This document shows positions 45,254 through 54,859 of a DNA stretch of 64,000 nucleotides, piece by piece. The notes under the pieces are model-generated. The model was not told the DNA's origin. It saw nothing but the letters and a program-made list of their open reading frames with translations, and ran no database searches. The position numbers were made by a program, and so were the translations under genes. The stretch lies in the IMG/VR virus record IMGVR_UViG_2863357390_000001; one strand, written 5' to 3'. The stretch is from a virus (lineage: Duplodnaviria > Caudoviricetes). Each line of letters begins with the position of its first letter. Positions within the stretch are counted from its first letter, which is position 1.

Positions 45254-46300
45254 ATGGCTATCGTCTTCGACGGCCCGGTTTCCCCCGACGCCGTCACGAG
45301 TTTCATCCGTCTGGTCCCGGCCACCACCGGGTTCATCCTCAACGAACTCCTGCCCGACAAGGAGTTCCAGGACATCGAAGTCGACTTCGAGGAACTGGTC
45401 CTCACCAACCGGGTGGCCCGGTTCCGCAGCTACGACGGCCGAGTGCACGTCTCCCAGCGGGACGGCATGCGGTCGGGCAAGGTCAGGCTGCCCCCCGTGT
45501 CCTCGTCGCTGAACATGGGCGAGTACGAACGGCTGCTGCTGGAGTTCGAGCGCATCGGCGGTACCCGCACCGACGCGCTCAAGCAGGCGATCTACAACGA
45601 CGCCCTGCGCCTGGTCCGCGAGGTCCGCAACCGCATGGAGTTGGCGCGCGGGGACGTGCTCACCGACTTCAAGCTGTCGATGCTCGCAGGCGGCAACGAG
45701 CCCGCCGGTCTGGAGGCCGACTACGGCGCCCCGGCCGGGCACCTCGTCGCCCCCTCCACGCTGTGGAGCAACACCACCACGGCCACGCCGCTGAGCGACC
45801 TGGTCGCCTGGTGCGACCGGTGGAAGACCGACAACGGCGGCGCCGGAGCCGGTGCGCTGTGGACCTCCAACCGTGTGCTGCGTCTGGCGCAGCGCAACAA
45901 GGAGATCATCGACGCGGTCTACGGAGCCACCCAGGGACGTACCCGGGTCACCGTGGAGGAGCTGAACAACCTCCTGGAGTCCGAGGGCATCCCGACCATC
46001 CGTACCTACGACGCGTCGGTGGACGTGGACGGGGTCACCACGCCGATCATCCCGGACGACCGGTTGCTGATCGCTCCCGCCAACGGCGAGGAGCTGGGCT
46101 TCACGGCCTGGGGCATCTCGGCGACCGCGCTGGAGCTGGTCCGATCGAACGAAGCGGAGATGAACTTCGCCATCGCACCCGGTGTCGTCGGCCTGGTCGT
46201 CAAGGAAGGTCCGCCGTTCCGGGAGTTCACCTACGTCGACGCGGTCGGCATGCCCGTGATCTCCAACCCGCGCGCGCTGATCGTCGCCGACGTCCTGTGA
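45254..46300 (+). CDS. Major capsid protein (lambda gpE-like)
   Basis: Follows the decoration protein; ELARGDVL, GMPVISNP. Confidence 0.9.
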   Translation: MAIVFDGPVSPDAVTSFIRLVPATTGFILNELLPDKEFQDIEVDFEELVLTNRVARFRSYDGRVHVSQRDGMRSGKVRLPPVSSSLNMGEYERLLLEFERIGGTRTDALKQAIYNDALRLVREVRNRMELARGDVLTDFKLSMLAGGNEPAGLEADYGAPAGHLVAPSTLWSNTTTATPLSDLVAWCDRWKTDNGGAGAGALWTSNRVLRLAQRNKEIIDAVYGATQGRTRVTVEELNNLLESEGIPTIRTYDASVDVDGVTTPIIPDDRLLIAPANGEELGFTAWGISATALELVRSNEAEMNFAIAPGVVGLVVKEGPPFREFTYVDAVGMPVISNPRALIVADVL

Positions 46301-46313
46301 GGAGGGTGACCGT

Positions 46314-46643
46314 ATGGCACGGCTGAACACGCACGTGTCCGTGAACGGCGACTGGTACGGGCCCGACGACGACGTGCCGGACGAGGTGGCGGACCGGATC
46401 ACCAACCCGGACGTGTGGTCCGAGCCGCCTTCCCGACGCGTCCAGGAGTCGGAGCCCGACGCCGAGGGTGAGGGCGAAGGGCCGGCCGACATGCCGGTTC
46501 CGCCTCCTCGGCGTGGCCCGGGTTCGGGAGGCCCGGCGTGGATCGAGTACGCCCGACAGGTCGGCGTCACCGGCGAGTTCGACTCCAAGGACGCGCTGAT
46601 CGGCGAGCTGGAACGGCGCGGCCTGCTGCCGAAGGAGGCGTGA
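46314..46643 (+). CDS. Head-associated protein with C-terminal helix-turn module
   Basis: WIEYARQVGV...KDALI. Confidence 0.7.
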   Translation: MARLNTHVSVNGDWYGPDDDVPDEVADRITNPDVWSEPPSRRVQESEPDAEGEGEGPADMPVPPPRRGPGSGGPAWIEYARQVGVTGEFDSKDALIGELERRGLLPKEA

Positions 46644-46647
46644 CGCG

Positions 46648-47037
46648 GTGGCCACGTACGCCCTCCCGTCGGACGTGGCCACCCGCCTCGGCCTCGGTGG
46701 CAGCGGTTTCGACGAGGACGAGGAATCCCAGGCGCTCGCGCTGCTGGAGGACGTGTCTGCGGTCATGCGGTCACGTCTGCCGCTGCTGGACACGTGGATC
46801 ACGGCCGGGCTGGTCGGCGCCGACACCGCCAAGGCCGTGGCCTGCTGGCTGGCGATGGAGTGCATCACCGTCGCCACCACCGGCGTCGGCAAATCCGGCG
46901 AGACCCACCCGGAGCACGCGGTGACGATCCGCTCGGCCGCAGGGCTGGACCTCTCCGACGCCCAGGTCGCCCAGCTCACCCCCGCCGGCGCGCGGGGCAG
47001 CGGGAGGCCGTTCTCGATCCGACCCGGAGGTGACTGA
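46648..47037 (+). CDS. Head-to-tail adaptor
   Basis: YALPSDVATRL...ALLED; position. Confidence 0.75.
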   Translation: MATYALPSDVATRLGLGGSGFDEDEESQALALLEDVSAVMRSRLPLLDTWITAGLVGADTAKAVACWLAMECITVATTGVGKSGETHPEHAVTIRSAAGLDLSDAQVAQLTPAGARGSGRPFSIRPGGD

Positions 47038-47040
47038 CTG

Positions 47041-47298
47041 GTGAGCATCATCCGACTCAGGGACGTCGACGGCGACGTCCACTACACCGAGCAGGGTTCG
47101 CAGGCCGCGCGGCGGCTGCTGGACGAAGGCGCGGTCGACCTGGACGCGCCGACCACCGGAGGGGAGGTGGCGGCCGATGCCGCACCTGCCGGACCGGGTG
47201 ACGATCACGACCCCGCGCCCGCCGACGACGGACCCGGACAGCGGAAACGAGCTGCCCGGACCGCCGATCGTGGAGCGGAACCGCCCGGCGCGGCTTAG
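47041..47298 (+). CDS. Hypothetical protein overlapping the head-closure gene
   Basis: GGAGG RBS; acidic. Confidence 0.45.
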   Translation: MSIIRLRDVDGDVHYTEQGSQAARRLLDEGAVDLDAPTTGGEVAADAAPAGPGDDHDPAPADDGPGQRKRAARTADRGAEPPGAA

Positions 47299-47533
47299 CC
47301 AGCAGCCGGTCGCGAACGTCGGCGGCCAGACCGAACTCGTTGCGGCACAGGACACCACGGTGTCGCTGTGGACGATCCTCGTCGGCCCTCGCACCACGCT
47401 GACGGCCGAGTCCGTCGTGGTCGACGAGGCCACCAAACGCAAGTGGGTCGTCGTCGGCGCCGTGGCCCGCCGGCCCGAACATCACCCCAAGTACTTGGCC
47501 GCCGGCGCGCGGCTCATCTCCGACATGCAGTAG
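47177..47533 (+). CDS. Head closure/stopper protein
   Basis: GGAGG RBS; DRVTI...W.VVG... Confidence 0.7.
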   Translation: MPHLPDRVTITTPRPPTTDPDSGNELPGPPIVERNRPARLSQQPVANVGGQTELVAAQDTTVSLWTILVGPRTTLTAESVVVDEATKRKWVVVGAVARRPEHHPKYLAAGARLISDMQ

Positions 47534-47544
47534 GGAGCCCACGC

Positions 47545-48051
47545 ATGCCGCTCCAGACCAACCTCGGCGCCGCGATCACGGCGCTGCTGACCGGCACCAC
47601 AGACCTCGGACCCGCGTCCACCCCGCAGAACCTGTCCTACGCGCGTACCTGGACCAGCGGTACCGCAGCCGGACAGGCAGACCTCGTGTGGGGCGACACC
47701 AACACGCTGGCCGCGTCGGCGACCACCGACGTCGACCTGGCCGGGTCGCTGACCGGACCGCTCGGCGGGACGATCACGTTCGCCCGGGTCAAGGCGATCC
47801 TGTTGACCGCCGACGCCGGGAACGCCAACAACGTCGTGCTGGGCGCGGCGGCGTCGAACGCGTTCGTCGGCCCGTTCGGGGCGTCGACGCACACCGTCGC
47901 CGTCCAGCCCGGCGGCAGCGTCCTGCTGGTCGCGCCCGGCGCCACGGCGTGGCCGGTCACCGCGTCGACCGCGGACCTGCTCCGGGTGGCGAACTCCGGC
48001 GCGGGCACGGCCGTCACCTACAGCCTGCTGATCGTCGGCGCGAGCGCCTGA
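47545..48051 (+). CDS. Structural hypothetical protein
   Basis: GGGAG RBS; beta-rich. Confidence 0.65.
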   Translation: MPLQTNLGAAITALLTGTTDLGPASTPQNLSYARTWTSGTAAGQADLVWGDTNTLAASATTDVDLAGSLTGPLGGTITFARVKAILLTADAGNANNVVLGAAASNAFVGPFGASTHTVAVQPGGSVLLVAPGATAWPVTASTADLLRVANSGAGTAVTYSLLIVGASA

Positions 48052-48356
48052 TGGGCGCGAAGGTCACCGTCTACTCGGGACAGGCCGTCGCGGAGGCGAA
48101 CCGCATCTCCACCGAGTATCGGCGGCGGATCGCCGAGCGGATCGCCGCCGACGCCCGCGCCGAAGCACCGGTGCGCACGGGCGAGTACCGCGAGGGCATC
48201 GGCACACGCTCGGACGGCGACCGGGTGTTCGTCGAGGACACCGACCCCGAGTCCGTGTTCAAGGAGTACGGCACGGTCGACACCCCGCCTCATGCCGTGG
48301 TCACCGACGCGGCACGCCGGTACGGCCGGTACAGCGGGTGGCAGCCTCGGGGGTGA
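48051..48356 (+). CDS. HK97 gp10-like neck protein
   Basis: APVRTGEY...EYGT. Confidence 0.8.
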   Translation: MGAKVTVYSGQAVAEANRISTEYRRRIAERIAADARAEAPVRTGEYREGIGTRSDGDRVFVEDTDPESVFKEYGTVDTPPHAVVTDAARRYGRYSGWQPRG

Positions 48357-48359
48357 GCC

Positions 48360-48788
48360 GTGGAATCGGTGCTCCCGTGGATACCGCCGGCGATCCGACG
48401 CCTGCTGCTGGCCGACCCACTCTTCGCCGCGGCGGTGCCCGGTGGCCGGGTGTCCACACGCGCCCCCGGCGACGTGACCACGCCGTTCGTCACCATCCAA
48501 CTGCCGACACCTCTCGGTGCGATGGGCGGCGGCGGGTACAAGCCCCTCGTCCAGGTCGACGCGTGGTCCGCGACGGTCGGCGGTGACGACCCGGAGGGCG
48601 TGGTGTGGCGGATCGCCATGACCGCGAAGAACACGCTGGAGCGGGCGCGGAACGTGCCGTACCAGTCGATGCACTACTCGTGCCGGGTCCTGGACGCCGG
48701 CCCGCTTCCCCCGGATACCTCGCGCGGCACCTCGTCGCCGCTGTACCGGGCGATGGTCCGCGTCGAGATGACCGTGCACAACACCTGA
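48360..48788 (+). CDS. Tail terminator
   Basis: Position; VQVDAW. Confidence 0.75.
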   Translation: MESVLPWIPPAIRRLLLADPLFAAAVPGGRVSTRAPGDVTTPFVTIQLPTPLGAMGGGGYKPLVQVDAWSATVGGDDPEGVVWRIAMTAKNTLERARNVPYQSMHYSCRVLDAGPLPPDTSRGTSSPLYRAMVRVEMTVHNT

Positions 48789-48917
48789 CCCCGGCCCGCC
48801 GTGGGCTGGCCGCCTTGCGCGGCGGGCCGGACCTCCCTGCGGCGGCCACGAGATGACACCTCCAAGGCGGCCGGCCATCAACGAGCCCGACTGACGGGCC
48901 TTGAGTAGGAGGTTGCA

Positions 48918-49466
48918 GTGAGCACCTACGCAGACCCGTCCAAGGCGGTCGTGTGGCTGGACGGAGACGCTTTCCGCGCACCCGCCGGTACCGCGCTGCC
49001 GGCCGACATTTTCGCCGCCAGCCTTTCCGGCTGGGAGGCGTTCGGCGGCATCAAGGCCGGTTTTACCGTCCAGCGCACGCAGGAAATCACCAAGTTCACG
49101 ATCTTCAACGCCAACGGCACTTACCTGTCGGTCAAGGGCGACGAGGACGGAACGATCAAGATGCGCCCGGTGGACATGTCCAAGGCCACCGCGCTCACCC
49201 TGCTCACCGGTGGTTCCATCGTGGCCGCCGCCGGCGGCTACGAGTGGGTCAAGGGTGACGACGAGAAGTTCGCCTACATCTGCCGGGTGTCCGCCGGAAC
49301 CAGGCGAAAGGCGTACTTCCTCAAGAAGTCCGAGCTGGCCAACATTCCCGACGACGTGCTCAACGACGAAGACCTCGCCGGTTGGGACATGGAGATCAGT
49401 CCGTTGATCCCCGACGACGGGTCCCGGTTCATCCGCGTGTTCACCGAATCCAACCCTCTCGCCTAG
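48918..49466 (+). CDS. Major tail protein
   Basis: AGGAGG RBS; position before the chaperones. Confidence 0.85.
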   Translation: MSTYADPSKAVVWLDGDAFRAPAGTALPADIFAASLSGWEAFGGIKAGFTVQRTQEITKFTIFNANGTYLSVKGDEDGTIKMRPVDMSKATALTLLTGGSIVAAAGGYEWVKGDDEKFAYICRVSAGTRRKAYFLKKSELANIPDDVLNDEDLAGWDMEISPLIPDDGSRFIRVFTESNPLA

Positions 49467-49475
49467 GAGTGAGAC

Positions 49476-49883
49476 ATGACGCAAGGCGGCCACGACGTGC
49501 TCGACCTCGACGACGACACCCCCATCCCGCTGGCACCGATCGAGGTCTCGGTGTTCGGTCGCGTGTGGACCGTGCGACGGGAGTGGACCCCGGCCGACGC
49601 CATGCGGTACTGGGTACTGGCCCATCGGCGTAAGGACGCCGAGGCGATGGCGCTGCTGGTCGGCGACGGCGACGCGGCGGCGTTCGCCGAGATCATCGCC
49701 GCGGTGCCGTTGGAACGCAGCCAGGGCAAGCTCCGCCGACTGCTCAAGATCGCCGGGCTGCTCGCGCGTGACGCGCAGGACGAGGAGTCGGAGGGAAAAT
49801 CCTCGGCTACCTCGCCGCCGCCCGGGGAGGATGGCGGGACGCACTCATCGCCGACTTCCGACAGTGGTACCGGGTCTCCCTGA
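49476..49883 (+). CDS. Tail assembly chaperone (gpG)
   Basis: Position; contains slippery GGGAAAA. Confidence 0.8.
   Translation: MTQGGHDVLDLDDDTPIPLAPIEVSVFGRVWTVRREWTPADAMRYWVLAHRRKDAEAMALLVGDGDAAAFAEIIAAVPLERSQGKLRRLLKIAGLLARDAQDEESEGKSSATSPPPGEDGGTHSSPTSDSGTGSP
49793..49799 (+). other. Programmed -1 frameshift site GGGAAAA
   Basis: The -1 frame stays open to 50302. Confidence 0.85.
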
Positions 49884-50302
49884 ACGCGGCGTGGACGTCG
49901 TGGCCGGTCGCCGAGTTCGTGGCGTGCGTCGACAGCCTGCTGCACCGACCGGATTCGGCGCTGGCCCGACATCTCGGCCTGGACTGGTCCGCGCACGAGG
50001 AGAACACCGCGCGGCTGTACGAGGTGCTGCACTACGGCCTGCAGCTGACGTGGGCTGACCGGACCGTCGATCCCGACGATCCCGAGGTGCGCCGCCGTCG
50101 CATGCAGGACGAACGCAACGGTGTCCGCCCGCCGAAGGCCCCGATCCTGCCGCCGGTCGCCGTGCGTCCCGCCGCTGCCGCAGAGCGTGCCCGCGAGTCG
50201 TATCTGGCGGAACTGGCCGCGTGGACCGCTCCCGTCGCGTCCGAGCGGGTGATGGTCGACTCGGACGAGTTCGACCGCATCCTCGGCCTGGACTCGGAAT
50301 AG
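49799..50302 (+). CDS. Tail assembly chaperone frameshift extension (gpGT)
   Basis: ILGYL...WRDALIADFRQWYRV...DSALAR. Confidence 0.8.
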   Translation: MLGYLAAARGGWRDALIADFRQWYRVSLNAAWTSWPVAEFVACVDSLLHRPDSALARHLGLDWSAHEENTARLYEVLHYGLQLTWADRTVDPDDPEVRRRRMQDERNGVRPPKAPILPPVAVRPAAAAERARESYLAELAAWTAPVASERVMVDSDEFDRILGLDSE

Positions 50303-50324
50303 CCGGGTGAGGGGGTGACCCCTC

Positions 50325-53300
50325 GTGGCCGGTGGCCGGATCGACATCGAGGTCGCTCCAGACCTGTCCAGGTTCCCAGGGGACCTGTCGTCCGGGCTGA
50401 AAGCGCAGACCGGACTGGCGTCATCGCTGGGCCGGGGACTGGGGCTCGCAGTCGCCGCCGGAGCCACCGTCGCCGCGGTCGGCCTGAAGAAGGTCATCGA
50501 CCTCGGAGTCCAGTACACCGCGAACCTGAACGAGTTGCAGGCGGTCACGTCCGCGACCGGGTTCGAGATGGCCCGGGTCGGCGAGACCGCCAAGGCGTTG
50601 GGCGCGGACATCTCCCTGCCGGGCACCAGTGCGGCCGACGCCGCTGCGGCGATGAAGGAGCTGGCCAAGGGCGGCTTGGACGTCAACGAGGCCATGACGG
50701 CGGCCAAGGGGACGCTGCAACTGGCCGCCGCCGCCCAGGTCGAGGCCGCGCAGGCCGCGGAGATCCAGTCCGACGCGCTCAACCAGTTCGGCCTCGCAGC
50801 CGACCAGGCCGGGCACGTCGCCGACGTGCTGGCCAACACCGCGAACGCCGCCTCGGGCGAGATCACCGACGTCGCCAACGCCCTGAAATATGTGGGTCCG
50901 GTCGCCAAGACGGTCGGCGTGGACATCGACAACGTCGCCACGGCGATCGGCGTGGTCGCCACCCAGGGCATTCGCGGCGAGCAGGCCGGTACGTCGCTGC
51001 GTGGCGTGCTGGCGTCGCTGGCGGCACCGTCCAAACCGGCCGCCGAGGGCCTCAAGGCACTCGGGATCGAGGCGTTCACCGCCGAGGGCAAGTTCGTCGG
51101 CCTGCGGGCGATCACCGAACAGCTCGCCGCCGCCAAGGGTCGGTTGTCCGAAGCGGAGTTCACCGCAGCGGCAGCGACCGCGTTCGGCAACGAAGGCCTG
51201 ACGGTCGCGTCGGCGCTGGCGTCGTCGGGCGCGGCGGCGTTCGACTCGATGGCCGGGGCCGTCACACGTGCCGGGGGGGCGGCGGACGTCGCCGCCGCGA
51301 AGACCAAGGGTCTGGGCGGGGCGTGGGAGGGGTTCAAGTCCCAGGCCGAGACCTTCGGAATCGAGATTTTCGAGGCGATCGACGGGCCGTTGGAGCAGGC
51401 CGTGCGCGCGGCCACAGACCAGCTTTCCAAGCTGGGCCCGGCCATCGCGGACGGCATCGACACTGCGGTCGCGGTCGGCGAGCTGTACGGACCTCGGATC
51501 GCGGCGGCGATCGAGGCCCGCGCGGACGTGGTGGCGCAGGCAGGTCGGGACGTGCTCGGTCCGCTGGTCGAGGGCGCGATCGGCCCGCTCAACGCGGCCG
51601 TGAACACCGCACTAGGCCTGTGGGGCAACTTCACCGGTGTCCTGGACAACGCGGTCGACGCAGCCGCTCCGGCCGCCCAGGGCCTGGGCGCGGTGGCACA
51701 GGCTGCGGCCGATGGGGACGGGCCGGTGTCGGCGCTGGCGTCCGGTCTCGGGCTGGTCGGTGACGCGGCCCAGGCCGCGTCGGGTCTGCTGGTCCCGATC
51801 GGCGAGATCGTCGGGGTGATCGCGGCCGGATTCGCCGCCCTGCCCGGCCCGGTCCAGAGCGCGGCCGTGGCGATGGGCTTGGTCGCCGCGTTCCGCGGCC
51901 CACTGACCAACCTGGGCACCACGGTCCGGGACCGGGTCACCATGCCGTTCCAGCGGCTCAACGAAACCGTCCGGCTCCAGCAGGCACTGCTGACCGGGTC
52001 GACACAGATCGCTACGACCCAGGTCGGCCGTCTGGGGTTGGCGTTCGCCGCGCTGGAGGCCCGTGTCCCGGTCATCGGGCGCATGGCCGACTCGTACCGG
52101 ACTGCGTCGACGGCCGCGCAGGGGTTCGTGACCCAGCAGTCTGCGGTCGCGCAGGTCGCGGCCGGGATCAGTGGCCAGTACACGGGTGTCGCGAACGTCA
52201 TCCAGCGCACCGAAGGGGCGCTTCGGGCCACGGCCGGTGCCGCCGCCGGCACGGCGGCGGCGCTCGGGACGGGGCTCCAGTCCGCTGCGACGGGCCTGGT
52301 CGGCGCGCTCGGCGGCCCGTTCGGGGTCGCGATCGCCGCCGCGTCCGTAGGGCTGTCCCTCATCGCGGACCGGCAGGCCAAGGCCGCGCAGCAGGCGCAG
52401 CAGCACGCGAGCCAGGTGGACAGCCTTACGGCCGCGCTGGTCGAGTCCAACGGCGCCATCACCGAGTCGGTTCGTGCCGCGCAGGCGAAGACGTTGCAGG
52501 GCACGAAGGTGGCCGACACCGACCGGAACGTGGCCGACGCCGCCCGTGAAGCGGGGATCAGTCTGTCCGACCTGACGGACGCGACGCTCGGCAACGGCAC
52601 CGCGCTCGACGGTCTACGCCACAAGCTGGAAGAGGTCGTCAAGGCCGGTACCAAGTATCAGGACACGGCGACGGGCTGGAAGTCCGGGCAGGTCGAGACC
52701 GTCAAGACCATGTCGGACGAGGCACGGGCCGCGGAGTCCCTGCTCGGTGAGATCAACAAATTGGCCGACGTCTACGGCGAGTCCAAGCGCAAGCAGGAGG
52801 AGTTCGACCGGGCCGTCCGCGAAGGTCGTGCGTCCATAGTGGATGCGACGTCGTCCGGACGCGCGTTGGCCGGGGCGATGACGACGCTGTCGGACGCGAC
52901 CGCGTCCGCCGACGACAAGGCCCGCGCGCTCAAGAACGCGCTCGACGCGCTGTCCGGCGGACAGATCGACCTCGAGGAGGCCACGTTCCAGGTCGAGGAG
53001 GTACTCGACCGGCTCGGCGAGACGTTCAACAAGAACACGGACAAAAGCAAAGGGTGGGGCACCGAACTCAACAACGCCGGCGCCGCCCTGATCAAAGCGG
53101 ACGGGTCGATCAACGGAGCGACGCAGAACGGCCGGCTGCTGCGGGACACGCTCGAAAGCCTGACCGAGGCAAGCGCTTCGGTCGCGCAGAGCACCTACGA
53201 CATGGCCATCGCCCAGGGCGACTCGGTGCCTACGGCGACGGCGAAAGCCACTGCCGCGGTCAAGCATTCCCGCGACGCTTTCATCGCTCTCGCCGAGGAC

Positions 53301-54095
53301 ATGGGTCTGAGCGCGACCGAGGCGGCCAACCTCGCGACGAAAGCCGGGTTGATCCCGGAGAACGTGGCGATTCTGGTGTCCACGCCGGGCAGTGACAAGA
53401 CCCGTCAGGAACTGATCATGGTCAAGGGGCTGGCCGACGCCCTCCCTCCGGACAAGCCGATCACGGTGAGATCGCTGTCCGACGAGGCCAAGGCCAAGTT
53501 GATCGAACTCGGCTACACCGTGGTCACCACGCCGAACAGCGTGACGATCACCGCCAACTCCGACAAGGCCCAGCAACAACTCAACGCGTGGCTCAGCACA
53601 CCCGCGACGAAAACCGTCTACGTCAACTACGTCCTACCGGGCAACGCGGGTTCGACCGAGCGGATCGGTACGCCCGGCACCGGCGGACTCGCGGCGGGCG
53701 GCATCGTGGCCGCGGCCTACGCCTCGGGTGGCGTGCACAAGCTGACGCCGATGCGCGCCGGATTGGCGCGGATCGTCCCGCCGAACACCTGGCGCATCGT
53801 CGGTGACCGGGTGGTCGACGACGAGGCGTACATCCCGATCAACAGCTCGGTGCGGTCGGCGTCGCTGCTCGCGGAGACCGCGTCACGCATGGGCTACGAC
53901 CTGATCCGCAGGTTCGCAGTCGGCGGCTTCGCCCGCGGCGGCGAGGGAAGCGGGTCGGCCCCGGTTCTGCCCGGTGTGGACGGATGGCGGATCTCCGGCG
54001 AGCTGCGGGTCAACGGCCTGGACGGGCACATCGACGGCCGGATCGGCACGGCCATGGACCGCGCGGGCACCGCGCTCACCAGAAGGACGAGGTAA
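50325..54095 (+). CDS. Tape measure protein (TP901-like)
   Basis: 1256 aa, Ala-rich; GTLQLAAA, ADVLA, AGTSLR motifs. Confidence 0.95.
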   Translation: MAGGRIDIEVAPDLSRFPGDLSSGLKAQTGLASSLGRGLGLAVAAGATVAAVGLKKVIDLGVQYTANLNELQAVTSATGFEMARVGETAKALGADISLPGTSAADAAAAMKELAKGGLDVNEAMTAAKGTLQLAAAAQVEAAQAAEIQSDALNQFGLAADQAGHVADVLANTANAASGEITDVANALKYVGPVAKTVGVDIDNVATAIGVVATQGIRGEQAGTSLRGVLASLAAPSKPAAEGLKALGIEAFTAEGKFVGLRAITEQLAAAKGRLSEAEFTAAAATAFGNEGLTVASALASSGAAAFDSMAGAVTRAGGAADVAAAKTKGLGGAWEGFKSQAETFGIEIFEAIDGPLEQAVRAATDQLSKLGPAIADGIDTAVAVGELYGPRIAAAIEARADVVAQAGRDVLGPLVEGAIGPLNAAVNTALGLWGNFTGVLDNAVDAAAPAAQGLGAVAQAAADGDGPVSALASGLGLVGDAAQAASGLLVPIGEIVGVIAAGFAALPGPVQSAAVAMGLVAAFRGPLTNLGTTVRDRVTMPFQRLNETVRLQQALLTGSTQIATTQVGRLGLAFAALEARVPVIGRMADSYRTASTAAQGFVTQQSAVAQVAAGISGQYTGVANVIQRTEGALRATAGAAAGTAAALGTGLQSAATGLVGALGGPFGVAIAAASVGLSLIADRQAKAAQQAQQHASQVDSLTAALVESNGAITESVRAAQAKTLQGTKVADTDRNVADAAREAGISLSDLTDATLGNGTALDGLRHKLEEVVKAGTKYQDTATGWKSGQVETVKTMSDEARAAESLLGEINKLADVYGESKRKQEEFDRAVREGRASIVDATSSGRALAGAMTTLSDATASADDKARALKNALDALSGGQIDLEEATFQVEEVLDRLGETFNKNTDKSKGWGTELNNAGAALIKADGSINGATQNGRLLRDTLESLTEASASVAQSTYDMAIAQGDSVPTATAKATAAVKHSRDAFIALAEDMGLSATEAANLATKAGLIPENVAILVSTPGSDKTRQELIMVKGLADALPPDKPITVRSLSDEAKAKLIELGYTVVTTPNSVTITANSDKAQQQLNAWLSTPATKTVYVNYVLPGNAGSTERIGTPGTGGLAAGGIVAAAYASGGVHKLTPMRAGLARIVPPNTWRIVGDRVVDDEAYIPINSSVRSASLLAETASRMGYDLIRRFAVGGFARGGEGSGSAPVLPGVDGWRISGELRVNGLDGHIDGRIGTAMDRAGTALTRRTR

Positions 54096-54098
54096 CCG

Positions 54099-54845
54099 AT
54101 GCCCACCTATCGCGCGCCCAAGGACTACCTTTTCGGACAACTGTCCGCGTCGGCGACGAACTCCACGACCACGTTGACCAGCAACGACTTCACGAATCTG
54201 CCCACCACGTACAGCTCGACCTACGTGCTGCCGCTGGCGCTGTCGGACGACACGCTCAAGGTCTACGAGGTCGTGTGGGTCACCGGACACGCCTCCAGCT
54301 CCAACCAAGTCACCGTGGTCCGCGGCAAGGAAGGCAGCACGGCACAGACGTGGTCGTCGGGTACGCGATGGCAGTGCGCGCCGATGCAGTACGACGGCCT
54401 GGGGGTCACGTCGCGGGCCGGCCTGAACGCGGATCCGCACGTCGGTCAGCGGCGCATGCTCAACGACGAGGGCTTCGTGGTCCAGTCAACGTATGCGCAA
54501 GGCTGGCAGGCTGATGTCGGCCTGGCGAACCCTTCGGAGTACGGCAAGACCATCGCCGGCGGCGCGATACCGACCTGGGCTTCGGTGATCGCCCGGGGAA
54601 ACATCGTCAACGGCACCACCAACGGCTCCGGTCAGATCCCGGTCACCTACACCACGCCGTTCCCCACCGCGACGCTGACCGTGGTGACGACGTGGATCAC
54701 CGGCTCGGCGTCCTGTGACACGCGCCTGTATCCGGGCTCTCAGACCGCGAGCGGGTTCAGCGTGTACGTGGTCGCGATGGCCACCGGCAGCACGGTCGGC
54801 TCGGGCATCACGGCGACGTTCAACTACATCGCCCACGGCTACTAG
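54099..54845 (+). CDS. Minor tail protein
   Basis: VTVVRGKEGSTA; beta-rich. Confidence 0.75.
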   Translation: MPTYRAPKDYLFGQLSASATNSTTTLTSNDFTNLPTTYSSTYVLPLALSDDTLKVYEVVWVTGHASSSNQVTVVRGKEGSTAQTWSSGTRWQCAPMQYDGLGVTSRAGLNADPHVGQRRMLNDEGFVVQSTYAQGWQADVGLANPSEYGKTIAGGAIPTWASVIARGNIVNGTTNGSGQIPVTYTTPFPTATLTVVTTWITGSASCDTRLYPGSQTASGFSVYVVAMATGSTVGSGITATFNYIAHGY

Positions 54846-54859
54846 GAGCGGGGGGCGGC

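Noticed and set aside
49463-52654. 1063-aa minus-strand ORF
   Set aside because: Antisense shadow of the tape measure gene.
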